Below, in pieces: positions 61,057 through 64,000 of a DNA stretch of 64,000 bases. This DNA comes from Ascidiella aspersa (lineage: Eukaryota): NCBI GenBank assembly GCA_963924565.1, contig OZ004613.1, positions 9,610,001 through 9,674,000 on the forward strand. The letters are read 5' to 3'. The notes beneath the pieces are model-generated. The model had not been told where the DNA came from. It did not search any database and worked only from the letters and a program-made list of their open reading frames with translations. The position numbers were made by a program, and so were the translations under genes. How positions within the stretch are numbered: position 1 is the first letter of the stretch; each line of letters opens with the position of its first letter.

Positions 61057-64000
61057 GTAAGTAATGACGTCATACGTGAATAGTTTCCAGGCGGTCGCGA
61101 TTTAACCTGGGTGACTATAATGAGGGCAACTGCGATTCGTACCTATGACGCATAATTGCGGACCATCAGTTAAAATATTATTGACCTATTTGCTGTTTAT
61201 ATGGTGAGACGAATATCCACCGAAAATTGAACACACTAAAAAATCATCCAAAAAAATCTCACGTATGGCGAACTTTTGTGAGATGGACGCACTTGATTCG
61301 TGTAAATTAGAGTTTCTCAACTCTTAATCGTTTATGGACTATAGCTCGTCTTTTGTATGCCCCCAAGAAGATACGGACAAAATGCATATTCTTCGACCTC
61401 AACCTCAAATATTGTTAATAATTGTGTAATATTAGATTTAAAACTCCTTGATTTCATTTAGCAAAAATTATACAGTCACCGTATTTATTCAGGTTCTATA
61501 CTTAAAATTAACTTTGCAAACGAATGCCAGCAACGAATGTATTAATTACTAAGAAAATTCTGTGGACCCCTTAGACAGGACACCATTGACCCCAGTTAAG
61601 ATGCCCTGGTTAAAATCACCTCTTTATTTTGTCTTAAAGTTTTATGACAAAAAAAAACTTAATTTCCTGGACTTTATTGACGTTTTTACATAGCAGTAAA
61701 GGTTTGTCATGGGCCTATGTGATTTTGCAGGCTAATTAAAAAAGCTTGTAGACAACCTAATTAGATCCTGCAAATAGGATAAGACCGACTTAGAGAGGAT
61801 TCTAGTAATCGGGTTTTGACTGTGGGTGTTAATTAGTTCGTCAGTATTATGCGAGAGATAGCACGTAATTATTCCAATCGCATTCAATTATTGGGGTCGG
61901 AAACAATAGGATAAAATTGCTGACGGATGTGCTACCCCTGTAATTTTTTTCAACATCTCACTGTGAGACTCTCACTGCTATATGGTTTTCGTTGATTCAT
62001 GTTCTTCTACATAAGTTGTAAGTGTGAAGTAAGTTTTAATTCGTGTGTTAATTGTTAGGCTTTTTTTATAAGTGTGTTAATCGTTAGGCGTTGCTTGAGC
62101 TTGATAAGGCCAGCTATACTACAGCCAACTGGGGTTTTAGGTTGACAAAATTTCGGTTTAGCCACATTTTCTTAAAATATGTATAAAAATATCCCATGCT
62201 ATACTCAAACGCTGTAAAATGTTATCAATGCGAAAACTAACTTTGTTAAGACTAAATTAGTCTTAACATCTGCTCTGTCTAGCGTGTGTATTCATTCGTA
62301 TATTTGAAAGGTAAATCGAAAAACAGTTCCTATCATATGTGTGCCGTTATCGTTGATAAGTACGAGTTCTGAAGGACCAGATCGCAGTCGTTCACACTTG
62401 TGTATAAATGTTTCAGTGTAGATCGACGAACTACTAGTTAATGCCTATAAGATAGACTGCTTGAAAACTACCAACACAGGCCTATAGCGCATAAAATGCG
62501 TAACGAATTTAATCCTTAAATACAACATAGCGTGCAACCAACCTCTGATTCCTACGCAAGTGTATAGGAGGGGACTAATGCGGCGCACAGGGATTGGATC
62601 CTGGGAATTATACGCCGTTAACCGCGAATTATACACCAAAAGGGCCCATATAACTGTCACGCCGACACTCGAATGACGTCAGTTGCCACCTGAGCGTCGT
62701 TTAAAAATACGCGCCTAAAGGTAGAGGTTTGTTACGTCACACAGGGATCAACAGATAAGCGCCAGCCGACGGACGGACAAAGCTGAGAAAACGGTTTGCG
62801 TATGTGTCAACTTGTCAATGTGGTTTTCCAGGTGGTTGCTGTGAAAGCCTATCTACAGATTTTTGTTGGTGGATTAGAATCTAACCTAAGCTTTAGAGTC
62901 CAGCTTTGCTTCGGGATTTCACATGTCGTGATTTAAAACTTCAAGTAAAACCTGAAAATTGGGCTTTCCGATTTTTTTCGGATTTGTCTAGTTTCCGAAG
63001 CAAACGTGTTTTATGGAGTACGTAAGAGTATTTCACCATGAATAGAAGTTTTCCTGATGTTATTTCATGGGAAAATTGTTCCGTTCTATAGGTTAAACCG
63101 TAAATTATGCTTTTTTAGTTCTCTAACTATGCTTTTTTAACACATTTTTCGTTTTTGAACAACTTTTTTTATCCAAGATTTAACCCAAGCAAATATTGTG
63201 ATATTGTTTTATAATACACAACGCGAAATTCCCAATTTATCGCCAAATAATAATTAAATTCTCAAAAACTTTGAGCAACATATTAGTTCACTTGAGAATA
63301 GACAACCCGCCCACAAAAATTAATTTATTTCAACACTATATCTCAAGGGCTGCACGACTTGCACGTGTCCTTCTCAACCAGCTAATCGATTTAGGTAAAA
63401 CACTCAATTAAACCCCGATGTTTCTCGCGCCCCATTGCCTGTGAACATGCAGCTCGGCCTTTAAGACAAAGGATTCGAAGCGGACAACCAGCTGTGCCGT
63501 TTAGCAGCAATCAAAAAAACAGTACATCGCTATAGTGTCTAGCTGCTCGACTGGAAAACTGCCCGACGGTGCGCATAATGCCCCGTAATCCACATAGATC
63601 GCTCCCTAAGGAGGTAAGGGAACAGGAAAGGGTAATTGCATGGCTACATGATGACGTGGTTGCGTGATTGACGAGATTTCCAGAGCAATCGATAGGAACT
63701 TGTCCATCTTTAGGAAAGTTTGACCGACAAACGGTTATCGCGAAGTTAAGTTGCCGGGAACCTAGGGGATATCATTTGACTTAGTTTTTCAATTTACGTG
63801 TCGTATTTCGGTAGTCGTTATTCTGTTTTTAATGGGTTACCGTCGTTCTGTAATAATTTATTTCGTAGGCTGCTTCGTTTTGAATTTTTGCGCAAATCGC
63901 CGGAAAGTGAAACCCATACTGTAAGGTACATGGTTTATGTCCAGACAATTAGGGCCTGATTAAAATAGAAAATAGTTTTCTGCGCAAATAAAGAAATATT

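Noticed and set aside
62992-63021. Next EVA1C exon (FYG-like motif before gtaag)
   Set aside because: Wrong phase and no SUEL cysteine pattern; the true SAxYGR exon is at 60931-61056.

Overview
Eukaryotic, AT-rich, intron-rich animal DNA. It is most likely an ascidian tunicate (inference: an exact copy of the 16-nt Ciona-type spliced leader is present, and CpG depletion is mosaic). Most ORFs in the supplied track are spurious. Four spliced or intronless genes can be assembled by hand: the last three coding exons of ARL6/BBS3 (+, 1056-2770); a complete 5-exon Rab39 (-, 20855-7635, 222 aa); an intronless SLC43A3-like transporter (-, 23995-22394) directly upstream of Rab39 on the same strand; and the first three coding exons of an EVA1C-like lectin receptor (+, 43935-61056, continuing beyond the window). 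A multi-exon, ORF-poor minus-strand transcript is likely at about 30.2-34.5 kb. Non-coding DNA holds many hAT and Tc1 MITEs, a Penelope GIY-YIG fragment with its hammerhead ribozyme, a 5S rRNA pseudogene and a local duplication of about 1 kb. The most unusual signal is a family of short hammerhead-ribozyme elements in which the spliced-leader sequence ATTCTATTTGAATAAG sits 3 nt upstream of the ribozyme core (exact copy at 16220-16205, degenerate copies at 5.2 and 50.9 kb). Related copies have a splice-acceptor-like U-tract/TAG at the same position, which suggests retrotransposition of SL-trans-spliced ribozyme RNAs.
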